A stretch of 64,000 nt of DNA from Nitrosopumilus sp. (GCA_965207075.1 CBDBLO010000002.1:864001-928000), one strand, 5' to 3'. Positions 39,133 to 49,871 are shown, counted from the stretch's first letter. Translations and numbers: made by a program. Notes: a model not told the origin generated them from the sequence alone.

Positions 39133-40222
39133 GGGCGGATTCAACGCGCACGGCGCTGTCCAACTTTTCACCGCCAAAGTCACGAAAAGCTTAAAGATCA
39201 TGACGCGCCCCGGTGGCAAAGCTTATTGATCATATTGTAATCGCCATGTCAATGGCTTCCAAAAGAAGCAAGAAGGACGACAAGAAAAGACAGGATGCCC
39301 ATGTGCGGGCATACAAGGCGGAACGGCGAAGGCAGAAGATCAAGGAGTGCCGCGACTACAAGACGTATGAGAGAAAGCGAAGGGGCGAGGGCAGGGTGAA
39401 GAGGATCAGGATCAAGCAGCTAGCTAAACTGATCCGCGACACCCTGCCAGACGCCACAGATACGAACGTTTCCAGGATCGTGTGCGTCGTAGACATGACA
39501 TACCGCGGCCACTCGTACCGCAGACACGTCGAGTACCTGGATGAGCATTCAGGCTCCGTAAGCATGTACGGGCTAAAAAGAGTTCCCTCGAAATCCGGCC
39601 TCCACGGCTGGGCAGGGGAGCTTGCAGGCGACATGGAGTTCGTGCTGGGGCTCCTCGCCAGACAGGCCGGGGACGACGCGCGCGGCACCCTGCTGGGCGA
39701 CTCGTCGGGGTTCTCCATAGTGAAATACGAGGACTGGGAGGACGCCAAGCGCGGGATCATATCCCGGCGCGAGTTCGACAAGCTCCACATACTGGTCGCG
39801 CCGCACGGCAGGATCGCGACGTGCGCGGTAACCGCGGGACGGCGGCACGACTCGCCGGTGTTCCGGGAGATGTACGGGCGCATACCGCAGGGAAGCGGCC
39901 GCACCATACTGGACGCCGCGTACCTGTGCAAGGCAAACTGCAGGATGATCGCGCGCAGCGGGCGCAGTCCGGTCATATGCCCAAAGGGGAACTCCCGGGC
40001 AAGGGGGCTGCATCCGATGGGCCAGATGCTGAAGTGGTACGAGAGCGACCGTGACGGGTTTGACAGGGCATACCACCAGCGGAGCCTGGTCGAGACCGCG
40101 TTCTCCGTCATCAAGGAGAGGTTTGGCGCCGTCGCGCGCGCAAAGACGTTCCGCATGAGGCAGCTGCAGCTCGCGCTAAAGTGCGTCTGCTACAATCTCG
40201 TCGCCTGATTCCGCATCCGCCC
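39133..40222 (+). mobile_element. IS5-family insertion sequence with GCA target-site duplication
   Basis: Ends GGGCGGAT / ATCCGCCC; GCA at 39130-39132 and 40223-40225; transposase inside. Confidence 0.8.
39246..40208 (+). CDS. IS5-family DDE transposase
   Basis: GDSSGF, KLH, HDSP, LDAAY, YHQRSLVETAFSVIKERFG (YREK motif). Confidence 0.9.
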   Translation: MSMASKRSKKDDKKRQDAHVRAYKAERRRQKIKECRDYKTYERKRRGEGRVKRIRIKQLAKLIRDTLPDATDTNVSRIVCVVDMTYRGHSYRRHVEYLDEHSGSVSMYGLKRVPSKSGLHGWAGELAGDMEFVLGLLARQAGDDARGTLLGDSSGFSIVKYEDWEDAKRGIISRREFDKLHILVAPHGRIATCAVTAGRRHDSPVFREMYGRIPQGSGRTILDAAYLCKANCRMIARSGRSPVICPKGNSRARGLHPMGQMLKWYESDRDGFDRAYHQRSLVETAFSVIKERFGAVARAKTFRMRQLQLALKCVCYNLVA

Positions 40223-40446
40223 GCAGGGGGGCAGTGCACCCCCCCAGCGTACGCTGCAGACTGATGCGCCACACGCAACCAAAAACCGGAGACTTGCCGC
40301 CGGACATGCCACAATTGCGGCAGAAACGGACCCGCCCATCGCCTAAAGCCCGCTTAATTGTCCATAAAATTGGGGCGCGGCTTACAAGAGTTGGACAGCG
40401 CCAACGCGCACAAACAAGTTATAAGCTGTTTGTACCGGTATTCGTC

Positions 40447-41352
40447 ATGGTAGTGACGGCGGCCGCATCCCCGGCGCTGTTCGCAGTGACCGCCGTCGGA
40501 CTGCTGGTGGCCGTTGGATACGCACCGGCCTGGCCGTCGGCCGCCCACCACGCGTACGCGGACACCCTGGCGGTCCAGATCCCAGACACGGCCGCCGGCA
40601 GCCCGTTTACGCTGGGCGCGTCGGATACCGGCACCATCGGCACGTTCTACTTTGACGCGTCGTTTGAAGGAACAACAACCCCGATCTCGACTGAATACGG
40701 CGACTACTACTGCATAGGATGGGAGGCGCGATGCCAGGGACTGCAGGATGACAGCGTGCCGATAATTGTGTTTCTGGAGGATGACGAGGGGCGCGACGCG
40801 CTCGTCAACTTTACGGTCATGCAGAGGGTGCTGGGCGACGAGAACATCGGCCCGTCAAACACCGTCAGCGTATCTGAGTCCGATAACATCGCAGTGCTTC
40901 CGGAGCCTCCGGGGGACTTTGGAGCCGTGACTCACATCGCCATTGACTTTAGAATCGACGCCAAGTCGTTCAAGGAGGCCCTGGTGACGGATCCGGACTT
41001 TGAGGGGCGCCACGTGTTCAACTACGACTTTAGGTCCCTGCAGCTGGGGGACGACGCGCACCCCCTCTTTTCCATAATAAGCGCCGACGGCCCCATAGGG
41101 CCCGACATCGACGGGTACTATGCGCACTCCATCCTGGACTCCCCCCTGACGGAGCGCGCCGGGACGATTCAGATACCACACAGGCACGTGCTGGCGCTAG
41201 ACCAAATAGACGACGACAGGAACATCGGGGTGATAATCGGTTTTGTGAACGCGGACTACACGGACTACACTCCACAGCACCTGGCCGATGCCGACATGCC
41301 CATAGCGTTCAACGTATGGGCAGAGCCGGCGCCCCCAAGCGTGTGCCGCTGA
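40447..41352 (+). CDS. Secreted protein resembling one internal domain of the S-layer-like protein
   Basis: Signal peptide; GSPFTL, IAID, FNYDFRSL, PIAFNVW align by eye to GSPLAL, LAID, LNIDMRSL, PVVLDVF of 33981..37586. Confidence 0.6.
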   Translation: MVVTAAASPALFAVTAVGLLVAVGYAPAWPSAAHHAYADTLAVQIPDTAAGSPFTLGASDTGTIGTFYFDASFEGTTTPISTEYGDYYCIGWEARCQGLQDDSVPIIVFLEDDEGRDALVNFTVMQRVLGDENIGPSNTVSVSESDNIAVLPEPPGDFGAVTHIAIDFRIDAKSFKEALVTDPDFEGRHVFNYDFRSLQLGDDAHPLFSIISADGPIGPDIDGYYAHSILDSPLTERAGTIQIPHRHVLALDQIDDDRNIGVIIGFVNADYTDYTPQHLADADMPIAFNVWAEPAPPSVCR

Positions 41353-41692
41353 ATCCCGCCGACGTACGCGTAGCGTTCGGCGCCTTTGTGTTCGTGTCAT
41401 CCGGTGGCAGCGGTGCGCACATGCAGCGGGATGGCAGGCCGGCACAAGGCCGGATCACGAGGAGACCGTGTCCGGCCGGCACGCGTTGGCGAGGAGGACG
41501 TATTGAGAATGTCATGATGGAGTATGCAAGCAGCACCGGGAGGTTCCGGGGACTTGGGATAATCTGCATGGATCCCGTGGGTGACTTGATCGCCGTAACT
41601 AGGATTACACCATGCGCCTGCGCGGCATGGGCCAAAAGCAGGACCACAGGCGCACTAGCATCCTTATTATATTGAGGGGTATAACGCGCCCC

Positions 41693-42016
41693 ATGCATAC
41701 CGAATACGAGGAGTTTGAGACGATTGAGGACTTCTTCATGTACATCACCTCTGCAATCTCCCCGATGAAGAACACGCTTCCGATAAGCTCCTACCGCGGA
41801 TACCTGATGTCGTTTGTTCCGCTTGGGGCCTCGAGCGGGGACTCTTTTCTGGTGGTATACGCGCAGGCTACGCTTGAGCCCGGGCTGTACGAGTTTGACC
41901 TGCCGTCAAAGTCGTACTCCAAGGTGGACCGCGTAGAGCGCGCGGACAAGTTCTACTTCGTCGTGCTGACCCCAAAGCGCAACACGCTGGCCGACGAGGC
42001 GCTCAAGAACATCTGA
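41693..42016 (+). CDS. Conserved hypothetical protein
   Basis: 107-aa ORF with host codon bias; AT-rich TATA-like sequence upstream. Confidence 0.7.
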   Translation: MHTEYEEFETIEDFFMYITSAISPMKNTLPISSYRGYLMSFVPLGASSGDSFLVVYAQATLEPGLYEFDLPSKSYSKVDRVERADKFYFVVLTPKRNTLADEALKNI

Positions 42017-42174
42017 CACTGCGTTCCTGCATTTTTTGCTGTTGCTGCTGCTGTCGCCGCCGCCGCCATTATCTGCCGCGTCGTATGCCGCGTCGCCCTT
42101 CCAGGCGCCCTCTGCGCATGCCGCCATCTGGTGTCGTGCGGGTGGGCCAAAAACCGGGCTAGTCCGTCTGGCGG

Positions 42175-43755
42175 TCAGAGTTTCTTTGCCTGTATACGTG
42201 GCATGGATACGGACCTGCTCCTTGCATACTTTGAGATGATGTCGTCGGGGGTTCTTCCGTTGAACAGGTCCTTGCAGAGCCCCCTGAGGTACCTCATTAT
42301 GGCCCACGTGCCCGCCTTTAGCATTCCGTACATGAACACCTTCATGGGGGGCCCGTACGTCTTGTTCCTGAGTATTATTGGTATGATGTCGTTGATCACG
42401 CGCAGGTTGTTCTCCCAGCACTTCCAGAACAGCGTGAACTGTGCCTCGTTGAGGTTGCCAAAGTGCATCGAGTTCTTCTCGCTAAAGTCCTGGTACAGCA
42501 GGGGGGCCACCAGTCCCCTAAAGTCCATCTCCCTAAAGTCGCTCATCATGTCTATGGTATACTGTATGTCGTCCGGCGTCTCGTCGGGCCACCCTATGAT
42601 TATGGTGGCCGCCGGGAACCAGTGGTTCTCGTTGAGTATGCGCGCGCCCTCCCTCACCACGCTGCCCCACTCGTCAGTGGAGAACGGGCGCGTCTTGACG
42701 CCTAGGTGTTTTTTGACCATTGCCGGCGACACGGTCTCGATGCCCAGGTTGGTCGCAAGCCACCTGCCCGTCTCGTGCTGCATGTTGATCTCGGCAATCT
42801 TGCGCATCAGGTCGGGGTCGGCCGCCACCGCGGAGAACGTCATGTGCGTCGTGCCGACAAAGTTTGCCCCCAGCCCCTTCAGGCCGCTCCACAGTTCCGT
42901 GATTGCGTCGCTGTTGGGGCGCATGTCGCGGTTGTCGCACCCGTACAGCAGCATCTCGTCGGAGTGCAGCCATATGGAGTCAAACCCATAGTCCAGGTTT
43001 ACCTTGGCCTCGCGCTGCAGCCTGTCGAGCGGAAGGTCCTTTTTGGACCTCTTGTTGACGTCGCAAAAGTCGCACCCCCTTCCGCATCCCCGCATTGCCT
43101 CTATGAGCGAGTTTATGGTGGGCGACTCGATGACTGGGATGTTCTGTATGTTCCTGACAAAGCAGTGCATGAGTTCCGGCGCGTCCCCCTTTTCAAGGTC
43201 GTGGAACAGGTCCACTGCAAGCTCGTCGGCCTCCCCGGTCACCACCGTGTCTATGCCGTGGATCTTCATGCGGTCGCTCTTTGCAAGCTCCCACGCCCCG
43301 TTGCCTCCGACGACCACCTTGAAGTCGTACTTTTTCTTTAACTGTATTATGCTGGCGCACATCTTTTTGAACTTCATCGCCACGTACGAGAGCTTTTCGG
43401 GGGACATCGTGGTCGTGACCGGGGCCATCCCAAGCGGGTCCATCACGTTGATTCCGACCACCTTTGTGTCGGGACCTATGGACTTTTCAAGCATCTCGGG
43501 GTGCGCAACGAAGATGTCCTCCCTGCTGTAGTTGCCCTGCAGAAGGGCGCTCTCCACCCTCCGGAGGCCGATCTGGGCGACCTTTACCTCGCCGGTGACC
43601 GGATCCGTCTCGACAGACGGGCAGAACACCTTGTCGAAGACCCATTCAGGCAGTACCTCGTAGGGCCCGCACGCTATGAACCCGTACAGAAAGTTGCCCC
43701 TGTAGTTTGTCATGAGGCTGCGGTCGGCCGTGAGTACGATGCGCCTGCCATTCAT
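42175..43755 (-). CDS. B12-binding-domain radical SAM protein
   Basis: RGCGRGCDFC (CxxxCxxC), VVVGG.G...GEA, GIET, IIGWPDET. Confidence 0.92.
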   Translation of the reverse strand: MNGRRIVLTADRSLMTNYRGNFLYGFIACGPYEVLPEWVFDKVFCPSVETDPVTGEVKVAQIGLRRVESALLQGNYSREDIFVAHPEMLEKSIGPDTKVVGINVMDPLGMAPVTTTMSPEKLSYVAMKFKKMCASIIQLKKKYDFKVVVGGNGAWELAKSDRMKIHGIDTVVTGEADELAVDLFHDLEKGDAPELMHCFVRNIQNIPVIESPTINSLIEAMRGCGRGCDFCDVNKRSKKDLPLDRLQREAKVNLDYGFDSIWLHSDEMLLYGCDNRDMRPNSDAITELWSGLKGLGANFVGTTHMTFSAVAADPDLMRKIAEINMQHETGRWLATNLGIETVSPAMVKKHLGVKTRPFSTDEWGSVVREGARILNENHWFPAATIIIGWPDETPDDIQYTIDMMSDFREMDFRGLVAPLLYQDFSEKNSMHFGNLNEAQFTLFWKCWENNLRVINDIIPIILRNKTYGPPMKVFMYGMLKAGTWAIMRYLRGLCKDLFNGRTPDDIISKYARSRSVSMPRIQAKKL

Positions 43756-43780
43756 AAACCTGACTTTCTCTTATGTGTAT

Positions 43781-44686
43781 TTATGATTTTCTAGAATGTC
43801 GCCTTTTCGTGCCTGGCCAAGGCCGGCGCGTGCCGCCGGATCCGCCTGTATTGCCGCTGTCGTCCCCTCCGCCTGCGGCATCGCCGTCCGCGTCTTTCCC
43901 GCCTCCGCGGGCCGCCGCCCCGCGCGCCCTGTTTGCGATCATTGACGCAATGCTTCCGGCCGCCGCCCCGCCGTCTATGTTTACGACTGCCATCCCAAGC
44001 GAGCAGCTCTGCAGCATCGATGCCAGGGCGGCCACGCCCCCCTGGCCGTACCCGTACCCCACGGATGTCGGCACGCCTATGACCGGCACGTCCATGAGTG
44101 AGGAGACCAGCGTGGCAAGCGCGCCCTCCATCCCCGCCACCACTATGACGCATCCCACGCCGGCGCACGTCATCTCCTTCAGCATGGGGAATATGCGCTG
44201 CAGCCCGGCCACGCCAACGTCGTATCCGGTGACGCATCTGCAGCCCATGGCCTCGCAGACTATTTTGGCCTCTTCTGCCACGCCCACGTCGGAAGTGCCT
44301 GCGGCAAGTATCCCGACTGTGGCGCCCGTCTGCCTTATGGGCCTGGTGTGCGCCAGTATCGTCGACGCGTTCCTGCCGGTTGACACTGATGCCCCCAGTC
44401 CCTTGGCATACGATATGATGCTGTCGTGGTCCTCCTCTCTTATGCGCGATATCACGGCCACGCCCTCTTTTTCGAGCATCCTTTTTGCAATCTCCTTTGT
44501 CTCGTGGACGCGCTTGGACTCGGCAAGTATTATTTCTGGAATGCCGCCCCTGCGCATTGACCTTTTTGTGTCGATCCTTGCATAGTCCTCTACCTCCTCT
44601 ATGGCGTATATCGAGAGGAGCTTTTCTGCCTCCTGCGCCGTGACGTCTCCGGACTTTAGCGCCTGGAGTATCTCTTGGACGTCCAT
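43781..44686 (-). CDS. larB: Nickel-pincer cofactor biosynthesis protein LarB
   Basis: ARID..R..R.G.PE, AGTSD..VAEEA, DVGVAGL.R, AGMEGAL, GVPTSVGYG, VVNIDGG. Confidence 0.93.
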   Translation of the reverse strand: MDVQEILQALKSGDVTAQEAEKLLSIYAIEEVEDYARIDTKRSMRRGGIPEIILAESKRVHETKEIAKRMLEKEGVAVISRIREEDHDSIISYAKGLGASVSTGRNASTILAHTRPIRQTGATVGILAAGTSDVGVAEEAKIVCEAMGCRCVTGYDVGVAGLQRIFPMLKEMTCAGVGCVIVVAGMEGALATLVSSLMDVPVIGVPTSVGYGYGQGGVAALASMLQSCSLGMAVVNIDGGAAAGSIASMIANRARGAAARGGGKDADGDAAGGGDDSGNTGGSGGTRRPWPGTKRRHSRKS

Positions 44687-44842
44687 CACGAAACAGCGCG
44701 GCGTGCGTCTAAAAAAAGCTTGAGTCTGTATCCGCCGCATGGGCCCGGGCCCCTGCAGGTCCGCTCCTGCCGGACTCCGCCTTCGGATTTCACGGGCCAG
44801 GGGCTTGGGCTTGTGCCAATTTGTCACAATGGCGGGCGGTGC

Positions 44843-45760
44843 TCATGCCTCGATTGAGGCTATCGCGCTCTTTACCGACTCGGCCGATTTTGCAAGGGCC
44901 GCCCTCTCCTCGTCGTTGAGGTCGAGTTCTATTATCCTCTCCACCCCGTCGCGGCCGATCACGGCCGGCACGCCCATTGTGATGCCCGAGTAGCCGTACT
45001 CGCCTTCAAGCGGCGTCGAGACGGGCAGCACCTGCTTTTTGTTCCTGACGACGGACTCTATTATGGACGACACTGCGTTTCCGGGCGCGTGCACGGTGGC
45101 CCCCTTCAGCTCTATCACTCTTGCAGCCACCTGCCTCGTGTCGGTTGTCAGCTTGCCAAGCTCCTCCCTCTGCAGTATGTCGTGCAGCGGCACGCCTGAT
45201 ACGGACGAGAACCTCGTCAGCGGCAGCATGTTCTCCCCGTGCTCGCCTATGACAAGCGCCCTTATCGAGTCTCGGGAGTGTCCCGTCGCCTCGTGTATGA
45301 ACTGCTTGAATCTTGACATGTCGAGCATTCCGCCCATTCCAAATACGCGGCTCCTGTCGAATCCAGAGACCTTGTATGCGACGTACGCCATGGGATCAAG
45401 CGGGTTTGTCACTGGTATCAGCATCGAGTCGGGCGCGTGCCTTTTCACCTCGCCAATCACGCTCTTTACTATGGACGAGTTGATCTTCAGCAGGTCCATC
45501 CTGGTCATGCCGGGCTTTCTGCCGGAGCCTGCCACTACGACTACGATGTCTGACCCCCTCATGTCGGCATAGTCGTTGGAGCCTCTCACCTCCACGTCCG
45601 TGCCGAGTTCTGCAAGCGCGTGGTTGATGTCCATGGCCTCTCCCTGCGGCAGCCCCTCGACCACATCGAGCAGCAGTATCTGATCGTCAAGCTGCTTTAG
45701 CGCAGAGAAGAGCGCGGCGTCTCCGCCCACCTTGCCGGAGCCTATGATCGTAATCAACAT
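44843..45760 (-). CDS. mdh: Malate dehydrogenase (LDH-like)
   Basis: [23 protein letters not shown] (Arg specificity), TNPLD, GEHG. Confidence 0.95.
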   Translation of the reverse strand: MLITIIGSGKVGGDAALFSALKQLDDQILLLDVVEGLPQGEAMDINHALAELGTDVEVRGSNDYADMRGSDIVVVVAGSGRKPGMTRMDLLKINSSIVKSVIGEVKRHAPDSMLIPVTNPLDPMAYVAYKVSGFDRSRVFGMGGMLDMSRFKQFIHEATGHSRDSIRALVIGEHGENMLPLTRFSSVSGVPLHDILQREELGKLTTDTRQVAARVIELKGATVHAPGNAVSSIIESVVRNKKQVLPVSTPLEGEYGYSGITMGVPAVIGRDGVERIIELDLNDEERAALAKSAESVKSAIASIEA

Positions 45761-46037
45761 GTGGGATGGACAGGAGTCGATAATTAAACCTAGATCAGTG
45801 GCCCGCCCACTCGCACGCGCAGGCCGTCGGCAGGCTCGCGATTGGAGCGGCTGGATTCCGGTCGTGTGCACGCGCAGAGCCGGCCGGCCCAGGCGCCGCC
45901 ATGTCAATGCGGCCGGGTAACCGGCCAGTCACTGGCCGCTTGCTGGTGGGGGCTTTGTGGGATGCCTGCCGTGCGTGAATTCGGCGCCCGTGCGGGCGTT
46001 TAGTCGAATTTATAAGCATTTTTTCGTGTCAAGACTC

Positions 46038-47510
46038 ATGGTTCTGGTGATAGATCCGCAGGTGGCCGGCATCTCCGGCGACATGTTCCTGTGCGCCCTT
46101 GTCGACATGGGCGCCAACGGCGGCGCCGTCATAGACGGTGTCAGAAAATCTGCCGTACACCTGGACGGCTGCGCCATAGACTCGATGGAGTTCAGGCCGA
46201 CCACCAAAAACGGCACCTCGGCGACAGGGCTGTCCTTGGAGGCCCGGGACGGGCATTGCGACGACGGCGCACCCCGGCACCCCACACGAGCAGGCTCGGA
46301 GATGCTGGATGCCGTGAGGATCTCGTCTGCAGGCCTTGGGCTGTCTGATGAGGCCCGCTCGTACGCGTCTAGGTGCGTGGAGATCCTGGTGACGTCCGAG
46401 TCAAGGGTGCACGGCGTCACGCCGGATTCGGCAATACTCCACGAGGCGTCTGACGTCGATACCCTGGTTGACATAATCGGAACCGCGGTCGCGCTTGACG
46501 ATCTGGGGCTTTTCGGGCAGCGCATGGTATGCCTTCCTGCATGCGTGGGAAACGGACTGGTCTCGTTCTCGCACGGGACGGTGTCGAACCCTGCGGGCGC
46601 CATACTTGAGATATTCGAAGAGTCCGGGCTGCAGATACTGGGCTCGCAGGCCGGCCGCGAACTCACGACCCCGACTGGGGCCTGCATGCTTGCCGCACTA
46701 TCCCCCGAGCCGGTCTCCTCTTATCCTTGCATGCGTGTGGAGTCAGTCGGGTATGGGGCCGGGCAGGCCGACGTCGAGGGGATCTCAAACGTGCTGAAGC
46801 TCGTGCGCGGATCTGAGCCTCGTGCGCCTGCTGCAACTGCTGCAGCTGCCGCCGCCTCCGCTGGCCAAGCCCTGGGGCACGGCGGCCTCAGGACCGAGCG
46901 CATATGCGTGCTGGAGACCAACGTCGATGACGTGTCCGGCGAGGTCCTTGGAAGCGTGGTGGGCAGGCTCATGGCGGCCGGGGCAAAGGACGTATCCTTG
47001 TTTCCCGGACTGACAAAAAAGAACAGGCCGACCAGCCTGATATCTGTCATGTGCCCCGAAGAGGCGTCAGGACGCCTCGCTGGGCTGCTGATGGCCGAGA
47101 CCGGCACGCTGGGGGTCCGGATATCGGCCTCGGAGAGGATCGTGGCGCAGAGGCGGCAGCTGAAGATTGATGTGACCATATCGGGCAAACGGTTCGAGGT
47201 GCGGTACAAGGAGCGCTTGCCCGGCACGCCGGGCACTGCCGGCCGCTACGACAAAACCTCTGGATTCAAGATAGAGCATGATGACATCCAGGCCGTCTCA
47301 GAGGAGCTGCACGTCCCGTTCAGGGATGCCGAACTGCTGCTGCGGCACCGTATAACGGAGAGGCGGCTTGATGGCCACGGCCGCGGCGGTGACGACGGCG
47401 ACGACAAAGAAGATGCTGCTGCTGCTGCAGCTGCTGCTGGCACCGGCAGCAGCCCTGCCGGCCGCGCCGACGCAGGAGCAGCAAGAGGGGAAGGAGGCGG
47501 TGCCGCGTGA
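46038..47510 (+). CDS. larC: Nickel-pincer cofactor nickel insertase LarC
   Basis: AGISGDMFL.AL, E..VHG, LHE, DIIG, ELTTPTGA, GYGAG, LETNVDD.SGE, KKNRP, ETGTLGVR. Confidence 0.93.
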   Translation: MVLVIDPQVAGISGDMFLCALVDMGANGGAVIDGVRKSAVHLDGCAIDSMEFRPTTKNGTSATGLSLEARDGHCDDGAPRHPTRAGSEMLDAVRISSAGLGLSDEARSYASRCVEILVTSESRVHGVTPDSAILHEASDVDTLVDIIGTAVALDDLGLFGQRMVCLPACVGNGLVSFSHGTVSNPAGAILEIFEESGLQILGSQAGRELTTPTGACMLAALSPEPVSSYPCMRVESVGYGAGQADVEGISNVLKLVRGSEPRAPAATAAAAAASAGQALGHGGLRTERICVLETNVDDVSGEVLGSVVGRLMAAGAKDVSLFPGLTKKNRPTSLISVMCPEEASGRLAGLLMAETGTLGVRISASERIVAQRRQLKIDVTISGKRFEVRYKERLPGTPGTAGRYDKTSGFKIEHDDIQAVSEELHVPFRDAELLLRHRITERRLDGHGRGGDDGDDKEDAAAAAAAAGTGSSPAGRADAGAARGEGGGAA

Positions 47511-48454
47511 AGCGGCTCCGTGATCTCACCCGGTGGTTTGAGGGCAGGCGGGGGGCCCTCGTGGCCCTCTCCGGCGGGGTGGACAGCGCCCTCGTGGCAT
47601 ACGCGGCGTTCTCCCGTCTCGGGGACTCTGCCGTCGCAGTCACGGCGGACTACCGTACCCTGTCACAGGAGGAGCTTGGTGCCGCAAAGTCCGTATGCTC
47701 CGAGATCGGGATCCGGCACGTGATGCTCCAATATGACGAGCTTGAGAACCCTGACTTTGTAAGGAACGACAGCCTCAGGTGCTACCACTGCCGGTCGGAG
47801 CTTGGGGGGCGCATCGCGAAACTTGCCGAGGAGATGGAGGGGCACTGGGACGTGGTGGACGGCACGAACCTTGACGATCTTGGCGATTATAGGCCCGGCA
47901 TAGAGGCGATGAGAAAAAACCGAGTCCAGAGCCCGCTGGTGGAGACGGGCTTTACCAAGGATGACGTGCGGGCAGTCGCCAGGGATGTGGGACTCTCCGT
48001 ACATGACAGGCCGTCAAACTCCTGCCTTGCATCTCGAATACCTTGGGGCGAGCGCATTACTGCCGAGCGCCTTGCGCGCGTCGAACTCGGGGAGCGGATA
48101 GTGCGCCAGATGTCCGGAGCGCGGCAGGTGAGAGTGAGGGACGTGGGGGGCTCCGCGAGGATAGAGGTGGAGCCTGAGGCGCTCTATGTGTTCGATGACG
48201 GCGACGACCGCGTCCGTGACGGCAACTGCGGCGCCACGCACCGGGGCAAGCCCGACGGCGGCAGCCGTCTAGATGCGCGCCGCGGAGTTGCCGATGGCCG
48301 CGCCGCGGATGCCACCGGTCCCGCGCGGGGACTTAGGGGGCGCCGGCTGATGCAGGCAATCACAGAGCGCCTTGTCCTGATCGGGTTTGACGGGGCCGCC
48401 CTTGACCCCGAAGGATACAGGCCCGGCAAAATCAACGACGTGGTGACGCATTGA
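47507..48454 (+). CDS. larE: ATP-dependent sulfur insertase LarE
   Basis: SGGVDS PP-loop, RCYHC, DGTN.DD..DYRPG, SCLASR. Confidence 0.93.
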   Translation: MKRLRDLTRWFEGRRGALVALSGGVDSALVAYAAFSRLGDSAVAVTADYRTLSQEELGAAKSVCSEIGIRHVMLQYDELENPDFVRNDSLRCYHCRSELGGRIAKLAEEMEGHWDVVDGTNLDDLGDYRPGIEAMRKNRVQSPLVETGFTKDDVRAVARDVGLSVHDRPSNSCLASRIPWGERITAERLARVELGERIVRQMSGARQVRVRDVGGSARIEVEPEALYVFDDGDDRVRDGNCGATHRGKPDGGSRLDARRGVADGRAADATGPARGLRGRRLMQAITERLVLIGFDGAALDPEGYRPGKINDVVTH

Positions 48455-49770
48455 ACTTCATATACCTTGACAATGCGGCGTCCACCCGCATGTATCCGGA
48501 TGTGGTTGACGCCATGCGCCCGTATCTGGAGGGCCAGTACGGAAACCCGTCCTCGATTCATCGCGGTGGACGGATGGCCAGAAAGGCGGTCGAAGCGGCG
48601 CGCAAGCAGGTGGCACGCCTGATAAACGCCATGCCCCGGGAGATCGTATTCACGTCCGGCGGGACGGAATCCAACAACATGGCCCTCTGCGGAGCTGCGC
48701 TGGCCGCGTCTGAGACGCGGCGCGCGTGTCGCATAATCACCTCGTCCATAGAGCACGATGCGGTACTGGAACCGTGCATGGATCTGGCACGGCGGGGAAC
48801 CGCCTCAGTCGAGTATCTGCCCGTCGACCGGCGTGGAACGGTTGACACCAGAAGACTTGCCAAACTGCTTGGCGTGGATGAGAACAGCGGCTGCGGTGAC
48901 GGCTGTGATGGAAGTGTCAATAATGGCGACGGCCACGGAGGCGGCAGCGCCGGCGCTACGCTGCGGGATCCGCGGCTCAAACCGCCTGCCGCGCCCAATC
49001 CTGCATCCGGGCAGCTGACGCTTGTCTCCGTGATGTATGCCAACAACGAGGTGGGGACAATCCAGCCGGTCCGGGAGATTGCACGCATGTGCCGCGCCGC
49101 AGGGGCGCTGTTCCACACCGACGCGGTCCAGGCCGCCGGAAAGATCCCAGTTGACGTCAAATCACTCGGGGTCGACATGATGTCAGTATCGTCGCACAAG
49201 ATACACGGACCTAAGGGTGTCGGGGCCCTCTACGTACGCGCCGGGACAAGCCTGGCGCCGCACGCGCTGGGTGGGGGACAGGAGGATGGAATGCGCTCGG
49301 GAACGGAGAACGTGGCCGGAATTGTGGGGTTTGGGGCGGCCGCCCGCATCGCGCGTGACGGCATTGGCATCCACATGAGCCACACGCGTGCACTGCGTGA
49401 TCTTCTCGTATGCCGGATACTTGAGGAGATACCCCAGTCCGCGCTGAACGGCGATCCGGCCGCCCGCCTTCCGGGAAACTCGCACTTTACGTTTCTTGGC
49501 GTCAACGGAGAGGATCTGCTGGTAAAACTCGACGAGTATGGCGTTGCCGCCTCCACAGGATCGGCCTGTTCTGTACACACACAAAAGGCGTCCCACGTAC
49601 TGCAGGCAATGGGGTTCACGCATGAGCAGATAGCCGGCTCTCTGAGGCTTACTCCTGATACGCTCAACACCGGTGACGAGGTGGATCGCGCAGTAGACAT
49701 CCTCAAGAGGGCGGTGGCAGAACTGCGGGCCGTCTCCCCCTTCAAGTCAAAGTACGGGTTTGACGCGTAG
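48451..49770 (+). CDS. iscS: Cysteine desulfurase IscS/NifS (group I)
   Basis: YLDNAAST, GNPSS.H, FTSGGTESNN, NNEVG, HTDAVQ, SSHKIHGPKG, STGSAC; overlaps larE stop. Confidence 0.93.
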   Translation: MNFIYLDNAASTRMYPDVVDAMRPYLEGQYGNPSSIHRGGRMARKAVEAARKQVARLINAMPREIVFTSGGTESNNMALCGAALAASETRRACRIITSSIEHDAVLEPCMDLARRGTASVEYLPVDRRGTVDTRRLAKLLGVDENSGCGDGCDGSVNNGDGHGGGSAGATLRDPRLKPPAAPNPASGQLTLVSVMYANNEVGTIQPVREIARMCRAAGALFHTDAVQAAGKIPVDVKSLGVDMMSVSSHKIHGPKGVGALYVRAGTSLAPHALGGGQEDGMRSGTENVAGIVGFGAAARIARDGIGIHMSHTRALRDLLVCRILEEIPQSALNGDPAARLPGNSHFTFLGVNGEDLLVKLDEYGVAASTGSACSVHTQKASHVLQAMGFTHEQIAGSLRLTPDTLNTGDEVDRAVDILKRAVAELRAVSPFKSKYGFDA

Positions 49771-49788
49771 CGGCCCGTCACATCGCTG

Positions 49789-49816
49789 CAAAAACAAGTA
49801 AAAACAAAAACAAAAG
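49789..49816 (-). terminator. Probable oligo-T terminator
   Basis: A-rich tract on + strand (T-rich on -) just downstream of the 49872..50834 gene. Confidence 0.45.
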
Positions 49817-49871
49817 CCACGTGACCCGCGCCGCACACCCCGCGTCTTGCGCGCGCGCACGGCGTAGGAGC

